64,000 nucleotides of DNA from a virus: positions 2,481-66,480 of IMG/VR virus record IMGVR_UViG_3300025000_000092. One strand, given 5' to 3'. Positions 54,630 through 64,000 of the stretch are shown piece after piece. The notes under the pieces are model-generated. The model had not been told where the DNA came from. It did not search any database and worked only from the letters and a program-made list of their open reading frames with translations. The position numbers and the translations under genes were made by a program. How positions within the stretch are numbered: the stretch's first letter is position 1; every line of letters starts with the position of its first letter.

Positions 54630-55220
54630 ATGGGCCGGTACGTGACGGTAGCCGACATCAGGGCCGAGGGTGGCAGCACCTTCGTCGAGCCCGACGACTC
54701 CCGCGTGGAGTCCCGGATCGCCCTGGTCGAGGACAAGGCCGAGCGGGACACCGGCACCTGGTGGGAGTCCCGGCCGAAGACCTACCGGCTCGACGGCCTG
54801 GGCGGATTCACGCTGCCCCTCCCGCAGTGGGTCATCAGCATCACGTCCGTGTCGGTCGACGGTTCGGCGCTGGCCGCCGCCGACTACGTGCTCGAGGACG
54901 GGTTCATGCTGGACCGGGTCGCCGGACGGTTCACCCGCGGCCATCGGAACGTCGTGGTCGTGGGCGCGTTCGGCCTGCTCAGCAACGGCGTCTGCCCGCC
55001 GGCCGTCAAGCGGGCCCTGATCCAGCGGGTGATCGACCTGCTGCCGAAGGCGGGAGACGCGGACGCGGCCCTCGATCGCAGAACCGCGACTGCGACATCC
55101 ATCAGCGTAGCTGGCCGAACGACGGGCCTTGCCTCGGTGTCGGCCCCCTGGAGCGGCAACCCCGAGGTCGACAGCGTCCTGGCCATGTACCGACGGCCCG
55201 CCGGCGCGGCCGTCTTGTGA
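54630..55220 (+). CDS. head-tail connector protein
   Basis: YVTVADIR...NVVVVGAFG...PPAVKRA...GNPEVDSVLAMYR. Confidence 0.75.
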   Translation: MGRYVTVADIRAEGGSTFVEPDDSRVESRIALVEDKAERDTGTWWESRPKTYRLDGLGGFTLPLPQWVISITSVSVDGSALAAADYVLEDGFMLDRVAGRFTRGHRNVVVVGAFGLLSNGVCPPAVKRALIQRVIDLLPKAGDADAALDRRTATATSISVAGRTTGLASVSAPWSGNPEVDSVLAMYRRPAGAAVL

Positions 55221-55228
55221 GGTTGACG

Positions 55229-55480
55229 ATGGCGAGCAAGCCTGTTGGAACGATCCTGGTGCTGGACGGGCCGACGCACTACAACGTGCATCTGCCCGAG
55301 CTCGGCAAGATCAACTTCGTGTCCGGCGACACCATCCTGCTGTACGCCGAGGCCGACATCGCGGCCGCACGTGCCCTCCCCTTCAAGGTCCAGATCCGGA
55401 TCAACGAGTTCTCCAAGGTCGTGACGCCCGAGGCTCCGGCGCCCATCGCGGCTGCCAGGAAGGACGGGAAGCGTGGCTGA
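55229..55480 (+). CDS. hypothetical structural-module protein
   Basis: GAGG RBS; coupled to next gene. Confidence 0.65.
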   Translation: MASKPVGTILVLDGPTHYNVHLPELGKINFVSGDTILLYAEADIAAARALPFKVQIRINEFSKVVTPEAPAPIAAARKDGKRG

Positions 55481-55887
55481 TGGCTGGGCCGGCGCTCATC
55501 GGGTGGGTGTGGGCGAACATCGCCACGTTGCCCACTGATGCTCCCAAGGATGCCCGGTCCCGGGAAGTCCTCGGCACGCTCTCTCGTCGTCGCTTCAGCA
55601 TCCGCTGCCAGTACACCGACGGTCTCGGCATGCGCCGGAGCGGACCGGGCGGCGGGGTGCCCGACGTGACCTGCAGTCTGGTGTTCCGCGTCGCCGATCT
55701 CCAGGCCAACTCGTGGACCCCGGCTATCGGGGACCTCCTGGAGAGCGTGGTTGACCGTCAGGGCGCTGTCCTCGAAAGCCGGAACCTCTACCTCGTGGGC
55801 GCCGGCGCAAGCGCCATGGGCATCGCACGTCGGGTCATGAGCGCCTACAGCTTCCACACCGACATGCCGGCCCGGAGGGACGACTGA
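55480..55887 (+). CDS. putative head closure/adaptor protein
   Basis: size and position; PAIGDLL. Confidence 0.55.
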   Translation: MAGPALIGWVWANIATLPTDAPKDARSREVLGTLSRRRFSIRCQYTDGLGMRRSGPGGGVPDVTCSLVFRVADLQANSWTPAIGDLLESVVDRQGAVLESRNLYLVGAGASAMGIARRVMSAYSFHTDMPARRDD

Positions 55888-56615
55888 TGGTCACGGGCGG
55901 CAGCTTCGGGGCGTGGAGCGAGACGATCGCGGCCTTCGAGTCGGACGCCCTCCGCTCGGCGCTGAAAGACGAGGGCGGCAAGGCCCTGAGCCGCATCGGC
56001 CTTCGTGCCTCCGGCATGGCCAAGCGCCTGATCTCTGCGAAGAAGTACGCCCCCAACAGCGATGTGACGATCGCCCTCAAGGGCACGTCGACGCCGCTGG
56101 TGGGCGGTGGCCGGGGCAGCGACCTGATCGCCGCGATCACGTCCCAGGTCACGGATGGGGGGCTTACCCTGTGGTTCGGGGTGAGGCGCACCGCCCGTGG
56201 TGCGGACGGAAAACCGCTCGTCAACATCGCGGCCGCCCTGCACGAGGGGGCGGTCATCGATCTGCGCAAGCACCCCGGGGTACGACGGGCGGTCATGGCC
56301 CGGTTGCAGCGGGTCGCGAAGGGCAAAGAACCGGGGGACAGCGCGAAGGCTCAAGCCATCCTGGACAAGTTGCAGGCGCCGTTCAAGAAGGGCGGCAAGG
56401 ACGCGGCCATGGAGCAGGGCGGCTGGGCCACGAAGTTCCTGTGGATCATCCCGCCCCGGCCTTTCCTCCGCCAGGTCCTGGAGTCCCCCGAGTTCCGCGA
56501 CTTCACCAAGGCCGAGCTGACCGACGCAGTCTCGCGCTCGCTGAATCGTCAGGCCAAGAGCGCGCTGCGGTACGAGGGGTTGGTCCAGCGGCGGTTCGGC
56601 GGAGGTGCGTCATGA
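55887..56615 (+). CDS. neck/tail-completion (virion morphogenesis) protein
   Basis: APNSDVTIALKGTSTPLV, AAALHEG, IPPRPFL. Confidence 0.7.
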   Translation: MVTGGSFGAWSETIAAFESDALRSALKDEGGKALSRIGLRASGMAKRLISAKKYAPNSDVTIALKGTSTPLVGGGRGSDLIAAITSQVTDGGLTLWFGVRRTARGADGKPLVNIAAALHEGAVIDLRKHPGVRRAVMARLQRVAKGKEPGDSAKAQAILDKLQAPFKKGGKDAAMEQGGWATKFLWIIPPRPFLRQVLESPEFRDFTKAELTDAVSRSLNRQAKSALRYEGLVQRRFGGGAS

Positions 56616-57289
56616 CCCTGGTGCAGCAATTCCAGGCTCGCCTCCAGTCGTACGGCCTGTACCTCGGCCCCATCGACGACGATCCCGGCCCGTCCACCGC
56701 ACTCGCCTACGCCCGCGCCCTCCAGTCCGGTCCGGTCACGCCCGGAGAGGAGGCGGTTGCCGCGGTCCGCGAGACGGTCCGGCGCCGCACCCCGAAGCAG
56801 TCCAGCCTCCGGATGGTGTACGGCCCTGGCGACTCCATCATCGCCGACGATCCCGCCCGGCCCGGCGCCTGCGTGTTCACCGACGGCGGAGCGTGGCGGA
56901 CTCGGAACATCCGTTCGTTCGAGGTCCCACTGGTCGGCCAACTCGCGCTTCACCGCCGGGCTGCCGGCGCGTTCATCTCCGCGCTCGCCGACGTGCGGGC
57001 GCTGACCACGTACCGCCCCGGTCGCGCCTCGTCCTACTGCCTCAGGCACATGAACTGGAACCCCGCCCAGCCGTTGACGACGCACGCCACTGGATTCGCC
57101 GTGGACTTCGACCTGGACCAGGACGGGCGGTGGGAGCGGGTGGAGCAGGACCGCGCGACCTGGTGGCGGGAGTCGCCAGCCGCCGCCCAGGTCATCGACC
57201 TGATGGAGGCGTGGGGGTTGGTGTGGGGCGGAACGTGGGGCGGGAAGTCCCGCGACGACATGCACTTTCAGTACGCCCGGGTGGGTTGA
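56612..57289 (+). CDS. M15-family peptidase endolysin
   Basis: PG-binding-like QARLQSYGLYLGPIDDDPGPST; THATGFAVDFD; WGGTW...DDMHFQ. Confidence 0.85.
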   Translation: MTLVQQFQARLQSYGLYLGPIDDDPGPSTALAYARALQSGPVTPGEEAVAAVRETVRRRTPKQSSLRMVYGPGDSIIADDPARPGACVFTDGGAWRTRNIRSFEVPLVGQLALHRRAAGAFISALADVRALTTYRPGRASSYCLRHMNWNPAQPLTTHATGFAVDFDLDQDGRWERVEQDRATWWRESPAAAQVIDLMEAWGLVWGGTWGGKSRDDMHFQYARVG

Positions 57290-57298
57290 GGGGGATCC

Positions 57299-57664
57299 GT
57301 GAGCACCGACGACGTTGGCCGGCTGTACGCGTCTCTCGAGGTTATCCACGCGGACATCAAGCGGATCCTGGAGATGCAGGGCACCCAGGCGGCCCGCATC
57401 GAGCGACACGACGAGGCACTGGCGCACGGGGCCCGGACGCTCACCGACCTGCGGGAGCGCGTCCGGATCCTGGAGTCCCAGGCCGTGCTGGTACCCGCGT
57501 GCACGGAGACGCACCGCCAGCTTCGCGAGGCTGAGGCGCAGTCGACGGCGAACCGCCGGGACACGTCCATGCGCTGGGCGTCCATCGTGGTGCCGCTTCT
57601 GATCGGCCCTGCCCTGACGCTGGGCGTCGGGTGGCTGCTGCTGCGCTGGCAGGGACTGGTGTAG
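57299..57664 (+). CDS. holin-like coiled-coil protein with C-terminal TM
   Basis: coiled coil plus single C-terminal TM, after endolysin. Confidence 0.55.
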   Translation: MSTDDVGRLYASLEVIHADIKRILEMQGTQAARIERHDEALAHGARTLTDLRERVRILESQAVLVPACTETHRQLREAEAQSTANRRDTSMRWASIVVPLLIGPALTLGVGWLLLRWQGLV

Positions 57665-57702
57665 CGCGCGAAAGGTCGGGCCCCGGGCCCGGAGGAGGAT
57701 CG

Positions 57703-58509
57703 ATGTTTCGCCTGATGCTGCTCGTTCTGATGCTGGCCGCCCTGCCCCTCGTCGCCATGGCCCAGGACCTGGTCGCCGTGCCGGCGGACCCTGGGGCGAT
57801 GATCCCGATCGCATTCGCCACTCTCGCGGGCGCGCTGGCGTACGCGGCCTTCGAGCTGCTGAAGCGTGTCCCCGCGGTCGCCGCCCTGGGCGCCTGGCCG
57901 AAGCGGCTGGTGGTCGCCGCGCTGGGCGGGCTGTTCGGCGGGCTGCTGACCCTGATCCCTGGGGGGCCGTTCGGCACCTGGGTGGGCATCGTGGCCGGGC
58001 TCGGCGCCGCCGGTGGGTTCTCCCTGTTCCGCGCCGCGGGCACTGCGGGGCGTTCCGGGGGCTCCACCATCACGACGGAGGTGACGGGGTTTGACCCGGA
58101 TTCGAGGGTCCGACTGCGCACGCCTCCGCCCGGCTCCAGCCTCGTGGTCCTGGCCGGCCTGTTGGGCGCCCTGTCCATGACGAGCTGCGCGGCCTGGTAC
58201 CAGGCGCTGACGCCCACCGAGCGTGCCGCGGTGGATGCCACGGAAACCTGCCTGGCGTCCCTGTCGGCGACGGCGCTGCCGTGCGTCTCGACGTGCCTCA
58301 GGACGTCGGAGCGGGATTGCGAGGCGGTGTGCGTCGCCAAGGTCGCCGGCGTCGCCGGGGCGGACTGCGCGGAGGCGTACGGCTCCATGCACTCCGCGGC
58401 CCTGGCGTCCGCCGCTCGTCGCGCCGTGGGCGCCGCGATGGACCTCTACCTCGCCCTCAGGGCGACTGGGCCGGCCCCGGGTGGGCCGGCTGGGGGTGCG
58501 GGGCTGTAG
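57703..58509 (+). CDS. multi-TM membrane protein with internal lipobox-like motif and Cys-rich tail (holin/spanin-like)
   Basis: signal peptide, 3 TMs, LGALSMTSC, five further Cys; GGAGGAGG RBS. Confidence 0.6.
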   Translation: MFRLMLLVLMLAALPLVAMAQDLVAVPADPGAMIPIAFATLAGALAYAAFELLKRVPAVAALGAWPKRLVVAALGGLFGGLLTLIPGGPFGTWVGIVAGLGAAGGFSLFRAAGTAGRSGGSTITTEVTGFDPDSRVRLRTPPPGSSLVVLAGLLGALSMTSCAAWYQALTPTERAAVDATETCLASLSATALPCVSTCLRTSERDCEAVCVAKVAGVAGADCAEAYGSMHSAALASAARRAVGAAMDLYLALRATGPAPGGPAGGAGL

Positions 58510-58589
58510 CAGGTCCGACCCCCGAGTCCCCGCCCGAGTTACTGGGGAGTGCTCGGACGGGGCATCGGTGGCCGGAACAGGAGAGAACG

Positions 58590-58910
58590 ATGCGTCAGGG
58601 CTTCACGAGCAACCAGTTCACGGACGCCGACGGCGCTCCCGAGGGCGGACAGACCTTTGGACCCGGGTTCGCCATCGCGTGGCAGCGCGGTCCCTTGGGT
58701 CGCGGCGAGGACCGCAAGGAGCCGAACGGCGCCTTCGTGTCGACCGTCATCGCGGCCGTCGTCGACCGCCTGGAGTTCTACCAGCGCGGCAAGTTCGCGT
58801 GCCAGCCGAACGCCGAGGCGATCGAACTGCTGAACGCCGCGCTGGAGATCCTGGACTGGCGCACCAAGGACCGCGAGGCCCGGGGTGTCGAGGGGACGCT
58901 GGAGAAGTAG
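58590..58910 (+). CDS. tad1: Tad1-like anti-defence nucleotide-signal sponge
   Basis: IAWQRGP...NG...VVDRLEFYQRGKFACQPNAEA...ALEILDWRTKDREARGVEGT follows the Tad1 pattern. Confidence 0.75.
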   Translation: MRQGFTSNQFTDADGAPEGGQTFGPGFAIAWQRGPLGRGEDRKEPNGAFVSTVIAAVVDRLEFYQRGKFACQPNAEAIELLNAALEILDWRTKDREARGVEGTLEK

Positions 58911-58925
58911 CGCCGGAGGTGCGGA

Positions 58926-59297
58926 ATGGACTGGACGCGTGAGGACACGGTGAAGGCGGCAGCGATCGGAGCCTGGGTCCTGGGGGTGGTGGCGACGCTC
59001 GCCCTGGTGACCGCCCTGTCGGGCTGCGGCCACACGTTCCAGGCCCGCGAGAAGGCGACGCTGACGTTCGACGCCGGCGCCCACCGCATCGCGGCCACGG
59101 CGGACGGCGACGAGGTCTGCACGGTCCATTCCCCCGCGCCCATCCCCTTCACGGTTCGGTGCGGCGCCGGCGCGGTGCCCTGGTACACGGACGCCGGGCA
59201 GGTCACCTGCATCCCGACCCCGTGCGCGGCCGGGCAGGTACTGCACTACCAGGCGGACGGGACGACGGCATGCGGGCCCGCGGGAGGTGCGCGGTGA
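58926..59297 (+). CDS. Cys-rich lipoprotein (possible o-spanin)
   Basis: hydrophobic signal with LSGC lipobox. Confidence 0.65.
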   Translation: MDWTREDTVKAAAIGAWVLGVVATLALVTALSGCGHTFQAREKATLTFDAGAHRIAATADGDEVCTVHSPAPIPFTVRCGAGAVPWYTDAGQVTCIPTPCAAGQVLHYQADGTTACGPAGGAR

Positions 59298-59599
59298 TTC
59301 GCGAGTCCATCACGATCGACGAGGCGCTGGAGGTCTTGAACCGGCTGGCGAAGGCGGACTCCAAGGCCGCGTACCGCCTCATCTGCGCCCGCGTCGAGTG
59401 CAACCAGGTGGTCGCCGACGACCCGACGATTCAGGTCGGGCATGTGGACGACGACCCGGGCAAGCCGTTCGAGGTCGGCGTCCTCGGCCTTTTGAACGGT
59501 CTGTTCGGCATCGACGATCGCGGGTGGGGCGCCATCACGGCCGTAGTCGATGGCGAGCGGGTGCCTGTCTTCACGCGGGCTGGAGGTGCCTCGTGCTGA
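59294..59599 (+). CDS. hypothetical protein
   Basis: GTGA overlap; DDPTIQV...VGVLGLLNGLFG. Confidence 0.7.
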   Translation: MIRESITIDEALEVLNRLAKADSKAAYRLICARVECNQVVADDPTIQVGHVDDDPGKPFEVGVLGLLNGLFGIDDRGWGAITAVVDGERVPVFTRAGGASC

Positions 59600-59820
59600 C
59601 GGTCGAGACCACCCAGGACCTGGCTCGGGTGCGCGGCCTGCTGCGGGTCATCCTGGCCGCGATCCCGCAGACCGCGAGCATGGCAGGGCTCGCCGACGAG
59701 CTGACCGACGACCGCCTGGCCGCCGCGTGCCGGCTGGTCGGCATCAAGGAAAGCGTGCTGGTCCAGGTCCAGCCCGGGGCCCAGGTCGAGGCGGTCGCGG
59801 ACATGAGCGGGGGCGCGTAG
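59593..59820 (+). CDS. hypothetical protein
   Basis: GTG with GGAGG RBS. Confidence 0.6.
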   Translation: MLTVETTQDLARVRGLLRVILAAIPQTASMAGLADELTDDRLAAACRLVGIKESVLVQVQPGAQVEAVADMSGGA

Positions 59821-61107
59821 ATGGCGGTCCGGACGGACAGCGTGGTGCTCTATTGGGGGCCCGACTTCGACGGGGACCCGTGGGGTGCCTCCACCTGTAC
59901 CGGCATCGAAACGGCTCCGGTGCTGCGCATCGACCGTGCGCGTGGCGGGGAGTACGAGCAGGCGATGCAACTGCAGTCCGGCCTCACCTCGGGGACCTAC
60001 CGGACGTCCGTGCGACGGGTCGGCGCGCTGCACGCCTGGGGTTCGGGTTCCGTGGTGACCGGCGCCGGCCGCTCCGGCGTCGGCATTCGGCTGACCGACG
60101 GCGTCGCGGAGTACCGCTGGGATGCCACTACGTCCGCCTGGATCGTGGCCGCGGCCGGGGAGTGGACCAGCCCGGATGAATTGTACGCCCACCTGGTGGC
60201 CTGGGCCCGGCCCGCCCTGGGCTTCGTGGTCCGCCTCCAGCGCGCGAAAGCCTCCGACGCTTCCCCGGTCTTCCTGGCCGTGGCTGCGGTGGCACGCCTG
60301 CTGTTCGACCAGGTCGGCAACGACCCCGACCGCGCGTCCTCCTGGATGGATGACCTGCTGCACCGGGTGCTGATCCCGGCGTGCGAGGCGCATGCAGCCG
60401 TAGCCGGCGCCCAGGAGTTCGTGGCCGGGGGCGACGGTCCCAAGAACCGCGACGCCCTGCGCTTCGCCGGTGGACTCCCCGAGGTCCCCTACAACATCCT
60501 GGGCGTCGACGGCGTCCACGATACGACGACGGACACCCGGCTGGGCGTCCCCGTGTCCGGTGCCTGGGACGCCGCGGCGCGCACCTGGACGCCGACGAGC
60601 GACTGGACGAACGGCCACCGGTACCACGTCCGCTACCAGTGGACGCCGTGGATGGAGCACAGCGGCGACCGCGAGCACTTCACGGACCGGCTGCCCGCAG
60701 TCGTTTTCGAGGGGGTCTCGACGCTTCGTCGCCGGGCCTCGTCGGGCTTCGTGACGCTTCCGGCCCCGGATGGCAGCGGCGCCGTTTCGGTGCGGGCGCC
60801 CACGGTCATCGACGGTCAGGTCTCCTGCCAGATCCTGGCGGCACGGACCACGGACCGGGATCGGATCTGGCAGGCGATCGGGCGGTGGGTGGAGCAGGGG
60901 CGGGTCCTGGCGTCTCCCTCCACATCGCTGTGTGTCTTCATCGACCTGCTGTCGGACGAGGGGCCATCTCCCGTCACGGGCGGCGGTGCGGCTGCCCGAC
61001 GCTTCACGATCTTTGCCCAGTGGCAGGAATGGCCCGGGGATGAGACCTCGGACACGGTTCTTCAGCCCGGCGGCTTCGCGCCGGAAATCCATTCGCAGGA
61101 GGCGTGA
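59821..61107 (+). CDS. putative tail terminator-like structural protein
   Basis: 428 aa before sheath; RLPAVVFE motif. Confidence 0.55.
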   Translation: MAVRTDSVVLYWGPDFDGDPWGASTCTGIETAPVLRIDRARGGEYEQAMQLQSGLTSGTYRTSVRRVGALHAWGSGSVVTGAGRSGVGIRLTDGVAEYRWDATTSAWIVAAAGEWTSPDELYAHLVAWARPALGFVVRLQRAKASDASPVFLAVAAVARLLFDQVGNDPDRASSWMDDLLHRVLIPACEAHAAVAGAQEFVAGGDGPKNRDALRFAGGLPEVPYNILGVDGVHDTTTDTRLGVPVSGAWDAAARTWTPTSDWTNGHRYHVRYQWTPWMEHSGDREHFTDRLPAVVFEGVSTLRRRASSGFVTLPAPDGSGAVSVRAPTVIDGQVSCQILAARTTDRDRIWQAIGRWVEQGRVLASPSTSLCVFIDLLSDEGPSPVTGGGAAARRFTIFAQWQEWPGDETSDTVLQPGGFAPEIHSQEA

Positions 61108-61108
61108 C

Positions 61109-63964
61109 ATGGAGCAGGTATTCGAGTACGGCGCGACTGGGCAGAAGGCAGGCACGCTGGTCCGCGTGCGCACCGGGGACCGGCCGGCGAAGCTGTCGCC
61201 GAACGGGGTGGCGCTGCACGGCGGGGCCTACCCCCGCGGCTTCGTCCGGGACTCCGAGGGCAACCCCCGCATCATGGGTCCCCTGACCCGCGACATGGCG
61301 GAGCGCCTGATCGGCACCGAGGACAAGTTCGGCGGGTTCACGGCGGACCTGCAGGCGACCCTGGCGGCCGGACACTTCTTCAAGAAGGCGGACGGCGGCG
61401 GGCAGCTCTACGCGATCCGCGTCACCGACGGCAACGAGCGGGTGGCGGTCGCGTACCTCTTCGACCGCGACGTGGACACGTCCTACGCCGCGGGCCGGGT
61501 GGCCGCGAAGGTGGCCGCTCAGGTCGGCGCCCTGAAGGCGTCCAACGGTGGGCGCTGGGGCGGCATGGCGAACGCCTACGGCGGAAAGGTCGCCGATGCG
61601 GCCGCGGCCATCTCCGGGTCCACGTTCGACACGGGCCTCGGCGCCGCGTTCCCGTTCAAGAAGAACGAGCTGGCCGGCTTCGCCTTCACCCTCGCGGGTA
61701 GCGGGCGCACCTGGACCATCGCCAGCAACACGGCCCTGGGCGTCGTCGTGGTGCGCGGCGACTTCGTCGGGGTCGTGACCGCCTCCTGCACCGGCTACTG
61801 GAGCGTGCGGGCCGAGAACCTGGACGCCGCTGGCCAGCCTCGCGGGCTCGCCGTCGTGGTCAAGGACGGCACCGTGGACCCCACCAGCCAGTTCCGGCTG
61901 ACGGGCATCGAGAACCGTCGCGTGGTCCGCACCGATCTGGACGCGCTGGTCATGGATCCCGCCGCCACCGCCACCGCGGGCGTCTACTGGCCGCAGGCCG
62001 TGGCGACCAGCCTGGAGCAGTCCCAGTGGGAGATGGAGGCGGAGGACAGCGCCAACGGCCAGGACCCCAGCCACGAGGAGCACAAGCCGGCGAACTTCGC
62101 CGAGATCGCGATTCCCGGCGGCGTGACGGCGAACACGGTCCGGTTCCGCGTCCTGAACTTCACGCGCGCCGGGGCCGGCAACGGCACCGTCGGCACCCTG
62201 CTGGACGGCGGCGCGATGGTCCCGCACAGGTACGTGCTGACCTTCACGGCCGCCACGACGTTCACGGTCGCCGCCTACGACCTGAGCGGCAATCGGCTCC
62301 TGGCGTCCGGCCTGCCGGGCGGCACGGTCGGCACCCCGTACCCGGCGCCGCACCCGTTCCTCTCCGGGTTCACGGTCACCGCCGGAGCGACCCCGCACGC
62401 CGCCGCGGACGTCACGACCGTCTACGTCCGGCCCCTCGCGGTCTCCGCCGCCGGTGTCGGCCTGCTGTCGAAGCTGAGCGCCTGGTTCCACCCCTTCGCC
62501 TTCGGTGCCACCGGCACGGGCGGCAAGGACGTGACGCGCAGGTTCCGCGTGTACGCGAACACCTACGACACGATCACCCTGGGGCCGCTGGACGACGTGT
62601 CCGCGCTGGTCGCGCCCCCGGCGGCGCCCTACCTCCAGGGCACCGAGAACTGGGACACGACCAAGAACACCCTGGGCCTGACCTTCAAGTACAAGCTCCA
62701 GGGCGGCGGGGCGGTCACCGTGACGGCCACCGGGCACGCGACCCAGACCATCGAGGACTTCGTCGCCGAGTTCAACCTCCTGGTGGGCGCGGGCACGGGC
62801 AAGGTCATCGCGAGCGTCCAGACGGTCTCCGCCCACAAGCGCCTGCGCATCACGGCCGACGACGGCCTCTACGGCCCGGCCTACAACCTGCAGGCGACCG
62901 ACGGCACCCTGAACGCGGTCGCGGGCATCACCGACGACGCGACCGCGGTGGGCGGGACCCCCACGATCGGGCGGCTGGAGTTCCTCCAGGAGTTCGAGGT
63001 CGGGCGGGACGGCGTCGCCGACCTGGCGAACACCCACTACGCCGCGATCTGGGACACGTCGACCTCTCCGGTCTTCGCCCTGAAGGCCATGGACGTCGGC
63101 TGCATCGAGATGGCGCAGCCGGGCGTCACCGACCCGCTGGCCCAGCAGGCGCTTCTGGACCTGGCCCCGGTCGTCGGCTTCATGGCCCGCGTCGAGGTCC
63201 CGTCGACGGTCGTGGACCGCACGGGCGCCGCGGCCCGGGCGTGGCTGCGGGCGAACCTCGTGCCGAACAACTTCTTCCGGGTGTGCTACCCGTCGTACGG
63301 CTACCTGGCCGTGAACCCGACGGGTGGCGGCGCCAAGTTCCTCTGCACCCTCACCGGCGCGCGGCACGGCATCCGGGCGAAGAACACGGCGAAGAACCAG
63401 GGGCCGCACATCGCGGACAGCCGCGACGCGGAGCAGAACGCGCTGCTGTCTCCGCTCTTTTCGTCCCTGCAGACCGACCTGCCGAACGGCCAGGGCGCCG
63501 AGATCAACGAGGACCTGCTGAACGGGATCGGCGTCGAGGTGATCCGGCACCTCCCGGGCAGCCCGGCGATCTACGTCTGGGGCGCCCGCATCCCCGGGGC
63601 GAACTGGCAGTGGGGCTACGGCCACAAGATCGAGTGCATGCTCAGCATCAAGCAGGACCTGCTGCTGAACGGCAACCCCCTGGCGTTTTCGTCGACCGGC
63701 GGCCCCGCGGGCAAGATGACCCGCATCCAGGCTGTGGCCATCGCGAAGGGCGTCATGGAGCCCAAGTACAACGCGGGCTGGTTCAAGGGCGATTCGTTCG
63801 AGTCGGCCGTGGCCATCAAGTGCGACGACAACAACAACCCGCCCGCGGTCGAGGGGGCTGGCCGCCTGATCACCGCGATCGGCGCGGACATCGTGGACAC
63901 CGCCGAGAAGGTCGAGTTCGACATCGGCAGCCTGGGCGTCGCGGTCTCCGGCGGGACCCGGTAA
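61109..63964 (+). CDS. contractile tail sheath protein (large, with insertions)
   Basis: HFFKKADGGGQLYAIRV, ASNGGRWG, LLNGIGVEVI...VWGAR, KCDDNNNP, TAEKVEFDI. Confidence 0.88.
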   Translation: MEQVFEYGATGQKAGTLVRVRTGDRPAKLSPNGVALHGGAYPRGFVRDSEGNPRIMGPLTRDMAERLIGTEDKFGGFTADLQATLAAGHFFKKADGGGQLYAIRVTDGNERVAVAYLFDRDVDTSYAAGRVAAKVAAQVGALKASNGGRWGGMANAYGGKVADAAAAISGSTFDTGLGAAFPFKKNELAGFAFTLAGSGRTWTIASNTALGVVVVRGDFVGVVTASCTGYWSVRAENLDAAGQPRGLAVVVKDGTVDPTSQFRLTGIENRRVVRTDLDALVMDPAATATAGVYWPQAVATSLEQSQWEMEAEDSANGQDPSHEEHKPANFAEIAIPGGVTANTVRFRVLNFTRAGAGNGTVGTLLDGGAMVPHRYVLTFTAATTFTVAAYDLSGNRLLASGLPGGTVGTPYPAPHPFLSGFTVTAGATPHAAADVTTVYVRPLAVSAAGVGLLSKLSAWFHPFAFGATGTGGKDVTRRFRVYANTYDTITLGPLDDVSALVAPPAAPYLQGTENWDTTKNTLGLTFKYKLQGGGAVTVTATGHATQTIEDFVAEFNLLVGAGTGKVIASVQTVSAHKRLRITADDGLYGPAYNLQATDGTLNAVAGITDDATAVGGTPTIGRLEFLQEFEVGRDGVADLANTHYAAIWDTSTSPVFALKAMDVGCIEMAQPGVTDPLAQQALLDLAPVVGFMARVEVPSTVVDRTGAAARAWLRANLVPNNFFRVCYPSYGYLAVNPTGGGAKFLCTLTGARHGIRAKNTAKNQGPHIADSRDAEQNALLSPLFSSLQTDLPNGQGAEINEDLLNGIGVEVIRHLPGSPAIYVWGARIPGANWQWGYGHKIECMLSIKQDLLLNGNPLAFSSTGGPAGKMTRIQAVAIAKGVMEPKYNAGWFKGDSFESAVAIKCDDNNNPPAVEGAGRLITAIGADIVDTAEKVEFDIGSLGVAVSGGTR

Positions 63965-63973
63965 GGAAGAGAC

Positions 63974-64000
63974 GGCGGGGCCGGCTCGTCCGGCCCCGCC
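63974..64000 (+). terminator. GC-rich hairpin after sheath gene
   Basis: GGCGGGGCCGG-CTCGT-CCGGCCCCGCC; window ends before any U-tract. Confidence 0.5.

Larger units (their letters stand above)
1..64000. mobile_element. temperate contractile-tailed phage genome segment (attP form)
   Basis: integrase/attP, cI-cro switch, replication, packaging, head, lysis and sheath modules; no host housekeeping genes. Confidence 0.93.

Noticed and set aside
1-64000. Reverse transcriptase/DGR, introns, inteins, IS elements or stop-codon recoding
   Set aside because: No RT (YxDD), transposase or intein motifs recognised; core genes are uninterrupted, and TAG, TGA and TAA all act as stops

Overview
The whole 64-kb window reads as one high-GC temperate tailed phage, apparently in its unintegrated (attP-containing) arrangement. 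The left ~29 kb is transcribed leftward. It holds an accessory operon beyond attP (PLD-like nuclease, P27-type small-terminase-like protein, HTH), a tRNA-Pro-like attP core, a tyrosine integrase and many small Cys-rich ORFs. It also holds two ASCH-like proteins, MazG-like, Dam and C5 methyltransferases, an HD hydrolase, an SF2 helicase, SbcC/SbcD and a pentapeptide-repeat protein. A lambda-like cI/cro switch with palindromic operators sits at 28.5-29.8 kb. The right arm is transcribed rightward: CII-like, primase-ATPase with an iteron-like origin, RuvC-like, DUF6884, RtcB, Com-like, ParB-MTase, terminase, portal, ClpP-like, Mu-F-like, XkdF protease/scaffold, major capsid, connectors, a lysis cluster with a Tad1-like gene, and a large tail sheath (myovirus). 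Most notable: a C5 MTase with a second long protein nested in another frame; a hairpin array with a tRNA-like module between cro and cII in a phage that also encodes RtcB; a Tad1-like sponge among late genes; and a PLD plus second-TerS module next to repeated structured intergenic elements. All calls come from reading motifs by eye; no searches were run.
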